DNA of 64,000 nucleotides from Candidatus Paceibacter sp. (GTDB taxonomy: Bacteria; Patescibacteriota; Minisyncoccia; UBA6257; 02-FULL-45-10c). This document shows positions 9,967 through 18,294 of this stretch, piece by piece (position 1 is the first letter of the stretch; each line of letters starts with the position of its first letter). The notes under the pieces are model-generated. The model did no database searches. It was not told the DNA's origin and was given only the letters and a program-made list of their open reading frames with translations. Both the position numbers and the translations under genes were made by a program. The DNA lies in contig DYGE01000001.1 of NCBI GenBank assembly GCA_020724845.1, forward strand, positions 58,218-122,217, given 5' to 3'.

Positions 9967-10022
9967 GGACTAATATTTTAGATTAATGAATAATTAATCC
10001 CTTATTCTTAATTCCTGATTCT

Positions 10023-10286
10023 TTATTCTTTTGTTTTGATTGCCCATTCTTTTAATTCCTCGTAAGAGGCTTCTCCGCAAATATATTTTTCTGTATCGGT
10101 ATTAAAGAAAAATGGGACTCCTCCGCAGTATCCTTTATCGTATTCCCGCATCTTTTTGGCATTTTCTTCATTATGCCAAGTTTCGTATTGTTCAACCTTT
10201 ACCCCCTCTTCTTTTTCAAATTTTTCAACTAAGGGGCGCATTAGATTGCAATGGGGGCATTCTTCGCCATAGAACTCTAAAAGCAT
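10023..10286 (-). CDS. Thioredoxin-fold small protein (CPHC)
   Basis: 87 aa with a CPHC redox motif. Confidence 0.6.
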   Translation of the reverse strand: MLLEFYGEECPHCNLMRPLVEKFEKEEGVKVEQYETWHNEENAKKMREYDKGYCGGVPFFFNTDTEKYICGEASYEELKEWAIKTKE

Positions 10287-10289
10287 AAA

Positions 10290-10526
10290 TTATAGATTTA
10301 ATAAATCTGACAGTTTTTCTTTTTGGAAACCGACTACTAACTGGCCGTCAATGTCAATTACCGGCACCCCCATCTGCCCGGATTTTTGGATCATTTCGTT
10401 TCTCGCTCCCGCGTCTTCGGCTACATTTTTTTCCGAATAAGCGACATTGTGCTCCTTAAAAAATTCTTTAGTCATCTTGCAGTAGGCGCAAGTTGGCGTA
10501 GAATAAATTGTTACTTGGTTAGCCAT
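10290..10526 (-). CDS. Glutaredoxin (NrdH/GrxC-like)
   Basis: 78 aa; TCAYC CxxC motif and GVP sequence. Confidence 0.8.
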   Translation of the reverse strand: MANQVTIYSTPTCAYCKMTKEFFKEHNVAYSEKNVAEDAGARNEMIQKSGQMGVPVIDIDGQLVVGFQKEKLSDLLNL

Positions 10527-10545
10527 AGTTTTATTTTTTAATGAA

Positions 10546-10821
10546 TTATTCGACCATTTTAGTAATTAATTTTGTAAATCGATTTTGCGCGTTGACCTGA
10601 TAGCAGATCGATTGGCCTTTCCGTTCTCTGATAAGCAATTGCGCGTTTTCTAATATTTTTAAATGCTGGGATACAGCCGGCACAGATACTTTTAATATCG
10701 CCGCGATCTCGCTTACGCAGATATCTTTTTGCCTCAGTAGAATCTTAAATATCTTAAATCTTGTCTGGTCTCCCAAGGCATTGAAAATATTCGGCAGTGA
10801 TTTATTTTGCCTGAGATTCAT
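10546..10821 (-). CDS. ArsR/SmtB family transcriptional regulator
   Basis: Winged-HTH segment (ICVSEIAAILKVSVPAVSQHLKIL). Confidence 0.85.
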   Translation of the reverse strand: MNLRQNKSLPNIFNALGDQTRFKIFKILLRQKDICVSEIAAILKVSVPAVSQHLKILENAQLLIRERKGQSICYQVNAQNRFTKLITKMVE

Positions 10822-10836
10822 TTTATAAATTTTAAT

Positions 10837-11433
10837 TTAAATTCCCCCGCTTGCGCCTGGAACTCGTTCTGGGCCTTTGCCGAGGTATCTTTTGATGAAG
10901 TCGCTGATACGGTCAGTCGGTACTTGATCGTCTTCAATATTAAACGCATCCAAGCGTCCCCAAGCGGCAAGCGCGATATCAAATTCATTTGCTTCTCGGG
11001 GCGCGACAATGACTTTCGCGGCGCCGAATTTTTTCAGCTTATTCTTGACCTCGTCTGAAACCCGCGGATGGTATGATATCCAAACATCTCCATGCTCAAG
11101 ATTGTGAATAATGTATTGATCGGGAATTTCTTCATCACGGAATCCGGAACGCGCCGTTTGTCCGTAGTGCGGCCCTGATGTCGGCGGGTCTGAAGTATAT
11201 TCAGGCAGCCTGCTGCCCACCGGAATATGGCCTATATTTTCCATAATGGTAATCGCGCGGCTAAAATCTTCTCCCTGCGGACCAGAGATTTTGAGAGCAA
11301 AATAAGAGCCAAAAATTATTGCGCTTAATACGATGATTACAATTGAGTACTGGCGCAGCCCGCGCAAGAACCGCCTATTTTTTTGTTTTCGGAGCTCCGC
11401 TTCTTTTTTGATTTGATATAATTGTTTTTCCAT
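10837..11433 (-). CDS. DUF3105-like membrane-anchored protein
   Basis: N-terminal TM, then PTSGPH and NLEHG motifs. Confidence 0.55.
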   Translation of the reverse strand: MEKQLYQIKKEAELRKQKNRRFLRGLRQYSIVIIVLSAIIFGSYFALKISGPQGEDFSRAITIMENIGHIPVGSRLPEYTSDPPTSGPHYGQTARSGFRDEEIPDQYIIHNLEHGDVWISYHPRVSDEVKNKLKKFGAAKVIVAPREANEFDIALAAWGRLDAFNIEDDQVPTDRISDFIKRYLGKGPERVPGASGGI

Positions 11434-11536
11434 AAATAGTTAAGTATTTAAGCAATTACTTAAACTATATCACAACCTTGTGTAAGCGCAAGATGTAGTT
11501 ACTGTGGATAAGTTAGCATTCGCCTGTTTTATCCAG

Positions 11537-12142
11537 CTATGCAATCACTTTCTTTAATATTTTAAAATCTTTCTTCAGAACACTAATGTCTTGCCCATAA
11601 AGCGCGGTGGCCGGGTGGTATAAGGGAACTATTTGAACCTTTCCATAATCAGTGTCGGCTTCAAATGATTGGCCGTGCAATTGGCTGATGGATTTTAATT
11701 TATCCGCTAGCCCCAATCTTTCCATAATATATTGCATAGAAAACCGGCCAAGGGTCGCGATAACCTCCGGCTTGATAATGCTAATCTGCCTATCCAAAAA
11801 AGGCGCGTAAAATTCTATTTCTTCAGGAAGCGGGTCGCGGTTGTTCGGTGGGCGGTCTTTTACGATATTAGTGATATAAACATCCTTTCGATCTAATTTT
11901 ATAGAAGCTAGCAGCTTGTCCAAAACCTTTCCGGAAGCTCCGCAGAAAGGCCGGCCGGTCATTGCCTCATTTTTCCCTGGCGCTTCGCCGATGAACATGA
12001 TTTTGGCGTAATGATCTCCTTCCCCAATAACCGGGAAAACTTTGTTTTTCACCCTTTCTTTATATAAAGGAGATTTTTTAAGGTTAAGAACCTCCTCTTT
12101 GATTTTTCGCAATTCTTCAGTACGGTTATTGTCAGATGTCAT
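11537..12142 (-). CDS. Uracil-DNA glycosylase superfamily (family 4/5-type)
   Basis: GEAPG motif and a conserved C-terminal HPA segment. Confidence 0.8.
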   Translation of the reverse strand: MTSDNNRTEELRKIKEEVLNLKKSPLYKERVKNKVFPVIGEGDHYAKIMFIGEAPGKNEAMTGRPFCGASGKVLDKLLASIKLDRKDVYITNIVKDRPPNNRDPLPEEIEFYAPFLDRQISIIKPEVIATLGRFSMQYIMERLGLADKLKSISQLHGQSFEADTDYGKVQIVPLYHPATALYGQDISVLKKDFKILKKVIA

Positions 12143-12163
12143 ATTAAAAATACTTAAAGTATA

Positions 12164-12190
12164 ACAAAAACTGCCCCAGCTGGGCAGTTA
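12164..12190 (-). terminator. Intrinsic terminator (ctgccccagctgggcag + T-run on minus)
   Basis: Hairpin plus T-run immediately after the stop of the 106-aa Zn-ribbon gene. Confidence 0.6.
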
Positions 12191-12508
12191 CTTTGTATTG
12201 CGCTTTTCAAACTCATCCATTAATTTCTTTCTTGCCGCTTCCGAGGGCTTTCTACCGCGGAGTGTCAGGCCGGGATCTTCAATATCAGTTTCAATTCCGC
12301 ATTCGCAGCAGGTGAAAGTGGTATAATACTCGCTGCCGCCGGTATAGTCGTAGCTGGTAGTGCTATAGAGGTCAAACAGCGTGATTTCCAGCAGAGCTCC
12401 GCAGCCACCTCCGCCATTGCCGTTTCCACTACACTTTACTCTTTTAGTCCAGGCCAGCTTCTCACTCTTCTTGATGACTTTCATTCTGCGTCTCCTTTGG
12501 GATTTCAA
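12188..12508 (-). CDS. Small zinc-ribbon-like basic protein
   Basis: Paired Cys motifs (CSGNGNGGGGC ... CCECG) and a basic N-terminus. Confidence 0.5.
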   Translation of the reverse strand: MKSQRRRRMKVIKKSEKLAWTKRVKCSGNGNGGGGCGALLEITLFDLYSTTSYDYTGGSEYYTTFTCCECGIETDIEDPGLTLRGRKPSEAARKKLMDEFEKRNTK

Positions 12509-12559
12509 AGAACCACATCCTGATTCTAACTAAGGCGATAATTTCCGTCAGAAAATTAT

Positions 12560-12593
12560 ATAAATTTGTACCAAAAAAGGTACAAATATTTTT
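12560..12593. terminator. Bidirectional AT-rich hairpin terminator (ttgtacc aaaaaa ggtacaa)
   Basis: Hairpin flanked by A and T runs downstream of the rsuA-like gene. Confidence 0.5.
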
Positions 12594-12606
12594 AGCGCGA
12601 TAGCGT

Positions 12607-13323
12607 TTACTGAAATAACGCCCCAACTTCGTTTTGAGAAAGCTCACGAGTTTCGCCTGGTTTTAACTGGCCGAGCCGGATCGGCCCGATGCGTATTCGT
12701 TTCAATGCAGAAACTGTATAGCCAAGCTCTGCCAGCATCACCCGAATTTGATGGCGCTTTCCTTCCCGCAAGGAAACGGAAAGAGTGCGGTCGTCAATTA
12801 TTCTGGCTGCGGCGGGGAGCAATTTGCCGAGCGCCTCCGTATCCATGCCCTTTTGAAAGATTTTCACAATCCCCTCTTTTAATTTCTCTCTGGTTTTTAC
12901 CAGGTATTCTTTTTCAAATGTTTCTTTCCCGATGATTCTGTCGGGAGCCTCATCTTGCGTCGGAGCCTCAAGTAATCTAGTTGTCAATCTGCCATCATTA
13001 GTCAAAATGAGCAGGCCCTCTGATTCTTTATCTAACCGCCCTACCGGATATAGCCCCTTAGTTCTCCATTCATCAATGACGCTCGGAGACCCTTTTTGCG
13101 ACTGCGTTGCCAGTCCTCTGGGCTTGTAATAAGCAAGATACTTATATTCTTTTTCTCCGCCTTTCTTAATAGTTACTTTATCGCCTTTGTTTACTAACAT
13201 CCCCATTTGGGCCAGTTGGCCATTCACCAGAACTTTCCCGTCTTGTACAAGCTTATCCGCCTCTCTTCTCGAGGCAAGGCCGGAATCTCTTATGTATTTG
13301 TTAATGCGGATCGGATATTCCAT
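12607..13323 (-). CDS. RsuA/RluB-family pseudouridine synthase with S4 domain
   Basis: S4 RNA-binding N-terminus and GRLD catalytic motif. Confidence 0.85.
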   Translation of the reverse strand: MEYPIRINKYIRDSGLASRREADKLVQDGKVLVNGQLAQMGMLVNKGDKVTIKKGGEKEYKYLAYYKPRGLATQSQKGSPSVIDEWRTKGLYPVGRLDKESEGLLILTNDGRLTTRLLEAPTQDEAPDRIIGKETFEKEYLVKTREKLKEGIVKIFQKGMDTEALGKLLPAAARIIDDRTLSVSLREGKRHQIRVMLAELGYTVSALKRIRIGPIRLGQLKPGETRELSQNEVGALFQ

Positions 13324-13393
13324 TCATTTAATATAGCATCTGCGCGAAATTAACTAAAAGTAGATAAAAGACGACATAATAGAGATCATTGCA

Positions 13394-13428
13394 ATAAAAA
13401 ATCACCCCTTGCGGGGTGATTTTTTATT
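13394..13428 (-). terminator. Intrinsic terminator after the cold-shock gene (atcaccccttgcggggtgat + T-run)
   Basis: Perfect hairpin flanked by A-run and T-run. Confidence 0.7.
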
Positions 13429-13436
13429 GCTCGGCT

Positions 13437-13634
13437 TTACGCGCGAGAGACGTTAGTGGCCGCTGGGCCCTTATCGCTCTGAACAACTTCAAAGGTGACA
13501 TTATCGCCAACTTTCAAATCGTCAAATGCAACGCCGTTCAATTCCTTAGAGTGAAAGAAAAGGTCCTTCTCCTCGCCTTCGCGAGTGATGAACCCAAATC
13601 CTCTGTCTGTAAGAGTTTTGATTGTTCCGTTCAT
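13437..13634 (-). CDS. Cold-shock protein (CspA family)
   Basis: GFGFI RNP1 motif; 65 aa. Confidence 0.9.
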   Translation of the reverse strand: MNGTIKTLTDRGFGFITREGEEKDLFFHSKELNGVAFDDLKVGDNVTFEVVQSDKGPAATNVSRA

Positions 13635-13703
13635 AGTGATTCTGTTAATTATTTTACTCCGATAAACTCGACATGTTTTCGTCCATTCTCATTAACTTCT
13701 GTT

Positions 13704-13732
13704 AAGTATACACCATAAGCAAGGTTTTGTCA
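13704..13732 (-). promoter_or_regulatory. Sigma70-type promoter for csp (TTGACA-17-TATACT) with a ~75-nt 5'UTR
   Basis: Read on the minus strand: TTGACA, a 17-bp spacer, then TATACT upstream of the csp ATG. Confidence 0.55.
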
Positions 13733-13818
13733 ACCCCACTCAACGCATGTATTATGTTGCAAGTCCATCTTCATTTTGCTATCTTACATTGAGAACTCGT
13801 AAACCAGAGACGAAGCAT

Positions 13819-14529
13819 ATGGTCAAGGCGGTGCTGTTTGATTTGGGGAATACTCTTATTGAATACCCGACACCGGAAGCGTTGAGGGAAAACTACAAAA
13901 GATTCGCCCGCGGCGAGGCGCGCCTTGATGAGGTGTTACTTGACCGGATGCACAAACTTTTGATGGAAGAGAGACGCGTCGGCTTCAAAACTTTTGAAGA
14001 GGCTACGATCGTTCGGGCGCTTTCGCGCGCGTTACGGGAGCGAGGAATGTATACCAACACAGTAGAATTGTATAGGCAAGTGGGGGAAATTTACCATTAC
14101 GGATTCAGTAAGTCCGCTACGCTGATTGATGGCGCTCAAGAGCTGTTGGAATGTCTTGACATACTTGGAATAAAGTATCGCCCTAGAATAAAGATGGGCA
14201 TTGTGTCTAACACGCCATTTCCCGGCTACCTCTTCCAAGAGGAAATGGAACGATTTGGTATTGCAAAGTACTTCCGTACTTTTGTCTGGAGTTCCGAATT
14301 CGGAAAGCGAAAGCCTAGCCCTGACATTTTTCTTAAAGCGCTATGTAATCTAGGAGTAGCTCCAAACGAGGCCGCTTTTGTCGGCGACAAGCTGGATCGC
14401 GATGTTGCCGGTTCCCGCGGAGTCGGAATGACTTCTATCTGGTTTGACCGGAAAGGAACCGGACATGATCACGACGGTTACCGCGTGACCTCGCTGAAAG
14501 AAATTCCCGAGCTTCCAGGATTATTCTAA
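13819..14529 (+). CDS. HAD-superfamily hydrolase
   Basis: FDLGNTL (motif I DxG) and GDKLDRDV (motif IV). Start placed at the internal Met that immediately precedes motif I. Confidence 0.8.
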   Translation: MVKAVLFDLGNTLIEYPTPEALRENYKRFARGEARLDEVLLDRMHKLLMEERRVGFKTFEEATIVRALSRALRERGMYTNTVELYRQVGEIYHYGFSKSATLIDGAQELLECLDILGIKYRPRIKMGIVSNTPFPGYLFQEEMERFGIAKYFRTFVWSSEFGKRKPSPDIFLKALCNLGVAPNEAAFVGDKLDRDVAGSRGVGMTSIWFDRKGTGHDHDGYRVTSLKEIPELPGLF

Positions 14530-14554
14530 AACGACCGAAGGGTCGTTTTTAAAA
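14528..14554 (+). terminator. Intrinsic terminator (aacgaccgaagggtcgtt + TTTTT)
   Basis: Hairpin plus T-run 1 nt after the HAD stop. Confidence 0.7.
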
Positions 14555-14589
14555 TGGAGAAGCGTATCCATTTCCTGTATCATTAAGAA

Positions 14590-15840
14590 ATGGCTCCCAC
14601 TCCGACGAAAGTTAAGCTTACTTATTATCTTTTGACTCTTTTTTCCACGCTGTCCGCTTCTTTCATCTGGGGAATCAATACGCTGTTTCTTTTAGACGCG
14701 GGGCTTTCAAACACTGCGGCGTTTACCGCGAACGCTTTTTTTACCGGCGGCATGGTGCTTTTTGAAATACCCACTGGCGTGGTCGCGGATACGAAAGGAC
14801 GAAGCGTGTCTTACGCGCTTGGATCTGCCACTCTTCTGGTCGGTACGCTAGCTTATTGGTGGCTCTGGCAAATCCACGGGCCGCTCTGGTCATGGGCAGT
14901 TGTTTCTATAATTCTAGGGCTAGGGTTTACCTTGCTTTCCGGCGCGATGGAAGCCTGGCTTGTGGATGCTCTGAATGCCGTTCATTATGATGGCGCGTTG
15001 GAATCCGTGCTCGCGCGCGGAGAAGCTCTCGGCGGGGCAGCTATGCTTGCGGGTTCAGTCGCTGGGGGATACATTGCCCAACTAACTAATTTAGGAGTCC
15101 CCTATCTTTTTCGGGTAGGTTTTCTTGGCGCGACTCTTTTTATTAGCATTTTTATGATGCACGATCTCGGGTTCGCGCCGCAGAAAGGGCTTAGTTTTAA
15201 AAATCAAATAAAATCCGTGCTTACTGCCGCGGTAAAGGGCGGTTGGCAAAATCGCTCGGTGAAATTCATGATGCTGTCCGCGCCTTTCGCCGGCATTGGC
15301 ATTTACGTATTCTACGCTATGCAACCATATCTGCTGGAGCTCTATGGCAATCCGGAAGCGTACGGCATTGCCGGACTTGCCGCCGCCATCGTAGCTGGCG
15401 CTCAAATTGTCGGAGGGCTTTCGGTTGATTATGCCAGGAGTTTTTTCCGCACTCGAACAGATTTATTGATTATGGGCGAGGTCGCGGGAGTCGCGGTGAT
15501 CGCGCTTTTGGGACTTATTGCGAATTTTTGGGTAGCTATTGCCCTACTCACGCTTTGGGGGCTTATCTTTGCCATCACTGGACCGGTGCGAGAAGCGTAT
15601 TTAAACGGGCTTATTGACTCGCATCATCGGGCGACAGTACTCTCTTTTGACGCTTTGTTGGATAGCGCCGGAGGCGCTGTAACCCAGCCGGTGCTGGGCC
15701 GCTCCGCTGACGTGTTCAGCTATCCAATTTCATTTGTAATAAGTGCGGGGATACAATTAGGCGCGCTTCCGTTTCTTATCGCCGCAAAACGCACCCGCGC
15801 GCTGTCTGATCCGATTAAGAGAGTAGCATCCAAACACTAG
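14590..15840 (+). CDS. MFS transporter
   Basis: 12-TM protein of 416 aa with MFS-like loop motifs. Confidence 0.8.
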   Translation: MAPTPTKVKLTYYLLTLFSTLSASFIWGINTLFLLDAGLSNTAAFTANAFFTGGMVLFEIPTGVVADTKGRSVSYALGSATLLVGTLAYWWLWQIHGPLWSWAVVSIILGLGFTLLSGAMEAWLVDALNAVHYDGALESVLARGEALGGAAMLAGSVAGGYIAQLTNLGVPYLFRVGFLGATLFISIFMMHDLGFAPQKGLSFKNQIKSVLTAAVKGGWQNRSVKFMMLSAPFAGIGIYVFYAMQPYLLELYGNPEAYGIAGLAAAIVAGAQIVGGLSVDYARSFFRTRTDLLIMGEVAGVAVIALLGLIANFWVAIALLTLWGLIFAITGPVREAYLNGLIDSHHRATVLSFDALLDSAGGAVTQPVLGRSADVFSYPISFVISAGIQLGALPFLIAAKRTRALSDPIKRVASKH

Positions 15841-15870
15841 CATTCTTAATGTCTGATTTTTGTCTGAATA

Positions 15871-15918
15871 AAAAAAGAAGCCCCACACCGAAGCGCAAAG
15901 CTTCTTTGTGCGGGGCTA
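15871..15918 (-). terminator. Two-tier hairpin terminator immediately after the 32-codon small ORF
   Basis: The gccccacac/gtgcggggc stem with an inner gaagc/gcttc stem, followed by a T-run on the minus strand. Confidence 0.55.
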
Positions 15919-16014
15919 TGCGAGCAGGAAGGCGGCGATGACCGCAGCGGTTATGACATACGGATAGAAAGGCAGGTACAGATCGTAATACAGCTTATAG
16001 AGCAGGTTGTTCAT
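15916..16014 (-). CDS. Small ORF (32 aa): Tyr-rich N-terminus then hydrophobic tail; GC-rich
   Basis: GGAGGAAGT Shine-Dalgarno 0 nt upstream of ATG; its own TTGACA-17-TAAAAT promoter at 16062..16090 (minus); terminator directly after the stop. Sequence MNNLLYKLYYDLYLPFYPYVITAAVIAAFLLA. Below the 60-codon cutoff of the ORF track. Confidence 0.4.
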   Translation of the reverse strand: MNNLLYKLYYDLYLPFYPYVITAAVIAAFLLA

Positions 16015-16095
16015 ACTTCCTCCTTTACAGATTGGAATGCGCAGCTTTTCAGCTTGTATGCATTTTATCATATTTATGAGTTTATGTCAAGTGAA

Positions 16096-16126
16096 ATAAA
16101 AAACCCAAAATTTGGTGATTTTGGGC
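16096..16126 (-). terminator. Intrinsic terminator after the 160-aa gene (cccaaaatttggtgattttggg + T-run)
   Basis: Hairpin plus T-run directly after the stop at 16127. Confidence 0.6.
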
Positions 16127-16609
16127 TCATGGTTTGCTGTTCAATGCGTCCTTATATCTTTCCGCTGTTTTTCTGACGATATCCAGAATCTTCTCAACGC
16201 TCCACATTGGCGGCTGATATTTGCCGTGGCCGTCCGAAAGGGCCAGAGTCGGGCTTGGAAATTGAAGGTACGGAATACCTAATTTCAAAATCTCTATGCA
16301 AACCGCGTGAGCATCCTCGCTTCCGTCATGGTAAAGAAACAAGATAGGATTCCACTTGAGCCACGTAAGCGGCGTCTTCCCCTCTCCTTTCAGGCCGAGG
16401 CCGTAGGCCAGTTTGGCGGCGCTTTCGTAAGGGACGTTCCTGATTTCAAAAAGATTCTCCCCTCCTCGGCCATGATTGGCAGTCAGCGTCAGCTTTTCTT
16501 TCTCCGGATCGTAGGTTAGGAAATAATATGACTTACGAAGTTGTTGCTTAATTACTTCCGGGTAAAGTGTAACGTTGCCGATCAAGACCTTGTTCTGGAA
16601 GTCGTTCAT
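16127..16609 (-). CDS. Hypothetical protein
   Basis: 160-aa ORF with an AAGGAG Shine-Dalgarno; no recognisable motif. Confidence 0.5.
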   Translation of the reverse strand: MNDFQNKVLIGNVTLYPEVIKQQLRKSYYFLTYDPEKEKLTLTANHGRGGENLFEIRNVPYESAAKLAYGLGLKGEGKTPLTWLKWNPILFLYHDGSEDAHAVCIEILKLGIPYLQFPSPTLALSDGHGKYQPPMWSVEKILDIVRKTAERYKDALNSKP

Positions 16610-16690
16610 AATCGCTCCTTACTGCCTTTTTTGGATTATGCTGACTATATTCTAATAAATATTAGGAGTTTTAGCAAGATGATTGACGCC

Positions 16691-16732
16691 CCACAACATT
16701 CTAACATTCTGCAGAATGTTAGAATGTTGTGG
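16691..16732. repeat. 42-bp perfect palindrome (ccacaacattctaacattctgc | gcagaatgttagaatgttgtgg)
   Basis: Read directly; two 21-bp arms with no spacer, intergenic. Confidence 0.9.
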
Positions 16733-16751
16733 TAAAAGAAAAACCGCTCGG

Positions 16752-17708
16752 TTAAGAGCGGAGTGAAGGCAAAGCCAAGTCTGACTTAGCAAGGCCTTTT
16801 CGAACATTGTGCCTGGCAAGAAATCCAGATTTTTGAAGATATCTGCATTTGTGACAATCCTTGAAATTTTTACCAGTATGCGCAACTGCTAATATTGATG
16901 CAATCGTCGTAATACAGCCAATGGGGACCCCTATCCCGCCAAGAAAGAGACAGGGCACAAGAGCGCATAGAGAGCTTATAGACGCCGAGTAAAATGCAAC
17001 AACGCATTCAGCGATGAAGACACCGTATTTTCTTTCTACGCTATCCTCATCCCTTTTGATTCTTCCGAAGACGTTGGTCCAAAACCTATAAGACAAACAT
17101 GCTAACCCATGCCCCAACCCAATCTTTCTCTTAATCTGGGCATCCAGATATTGATACTCCTCCTCATCAGCTGTAACCAGATCCTTGGGTTTAAGGTGAA
17201 GCAGTTCTTGGGAGAGCCGTGGCACCAGGGAGGCATAGGCCTCTCTGGCTTCAGCTATTTCCCTATCCAGCTTCTCTCGGGTCTCTCTTTCCCAAGCTAG
17301 AAAAAGCTGTCTATTCTGTTCCATCTTTTCTTCTTTCCGCCTCTCCTCTGCCTTCCGAATCTTCTCCATCATCCTTTCCTGGCCGGTTTGGCGGATCAAA
17401 GCTGTTTCATTAACGTATCCACGACCCCAAATGGAAGCGGAAAAATTCCGAATATCGTTGGGTAAGGCTTTCTGTTTGGAGGTACGGAAGGTTAGACCAG
17501 GCGTGACCATCTCTGTAGCATATACTAAAGATACGGATATCAGCGCTATTGGTGATATTATGCCAGTAAGTATACACAAATCTTCGTCAGAGCGGTCGTA
17601 CTCCCAGCCCCTTCTCTTACACAACTCTATCCGGAGATTTTTCGAGAAACCGTAAGTAAACACCGCAGAAGCCAAGTAACCGCCGCCAATCATAAGCAGT
17701 TCCACCAT
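16752..17708 (-). CDS. Hypothetical membrane / coiled-coil protein
   Basis: Start moved to the ATG preceded by AAGGAGGA. N-terminal TM, central charged coiled coil, Cys-rich hydrophobic C-terminal region. Confidence 0.5.
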   Translation of the reverse strand: MVELLMIGGGYLASAVFTYGFSKNLRIELCKRRGWEYDRSDEDLCILTGIISPIALISVSLVYATEMVTPGLTFRTSKQKALPNDIRNFSASIWGRGYVNETALIRQTGQERMMEKIRKAEERRKEEKMEQNRQLFLAWERETREKLDREIAEAREAYASLVPRLSQELLHLKPKDLVTADEEEYQYLDAQIKRKIGLGHGLACLSYRFWTNVFGRIKRDEDSVERKYGVFIAECVVAFYSASISSLCALVPCLFLGGIGVPIGCITTIASILAVAHTGKNFKDCHKCRYLQKSGFLARHNVRKGLAKSDLALPSLRS

Positions 17709-17764
17709 AACTTTTCCTCCTTTCAAGGTTCTTTTGACTGCCTATATATTACCCTACAGGCGCT

Positions 17765-17810
17765 TAAAAGTCAAATGAAACTCCACGGCCTTACGGCCGT
17801 GGAGTTTCAT
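17765..17810 (-). terminator. Hairpin terminator with 15-bp perfect stem (tgaaactccacggcc ttac ggccgtggagtttca)
   Basis: Follows the stop of the 80-aa gene; T-rich on the minus strand. Confidence 0.55.
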
Positions 17811-17861
17811 TGTGTGTTTAAATAATATGTCAACCTATGCTGTACAAAAAGATTTGAATTC

Positions 17862-18104
17862 TTAGTACAAATCTACATCCAGAATACTCCCCTTTTCTTT
17901 ATCTGATTTATCTTCGCCCTTCTCCCCTCGCCTTTCCAATTCTTCATCAATCCTTTTTACTTGTTCTCTATGAAAAACTTTAGCATCAGTCACGTCGCTC
18001 AAACGCTTTTCTTGCTCGCGAAGCTCTTTCAGTTTTGCGGTATTCATCCCTTTATATTTCTTTTCAGGGCCTTCGATTTTAAATTCAAATCCAAAAAACT
18101 TCAT
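17862..18104 (-). CDS. Small highly charged hypothetical protein
   Basis: 80-aa K/E-rich ORF; weak Shine-Dalgarno. Confidence 0.4.
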   Translation of the reverse strand: MKFFGFEFKIEGPEKKYKGMNTAKLKELREQEKRLSDVTDAKVFHREQVKRIDEELERRGEKGEDKSDKEKGSILDVDLY

Positions 18105-18126
18105 ATTACTAATAATATCAGATATT

Positions 18127-18215
18127 GGCGGAAGGGGAGAGAATTACGAAGCTCGGAAACCCTCGGTTTTCCGACGTCCGCCAGCTGGCGGACTGCCTTC
18201 CTACACGGGAAACTC
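18127..18215 (-). other. Degenerate tRNA-like fragment, a partial copy of the tRNA-Ser 3' half
   Basis: ggcggaaggggagagaattacgaagctc resembles the tRNA acceptor/T-arm gcggagggggagagattcgaactctc at about 80% identity. It cannot fold into a full cloverleaf. Confidence 0.45.
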
Positions 18216-18294
18216 CCGTTTCCCGACCCCTTCCCTATCAAATCTCTCAACCAAAAATTTTAAAAATAGAATAGACTTCTATTTTTTAAATTTG

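Noticed and set aside
17961-18263. 100-aa plus-strand ORF covering the pseudo-tRNA region
   Set aside because: Overlaps the tRNA-like fragment and a palindrome; no ribosome-binding site. More likely non-coding.
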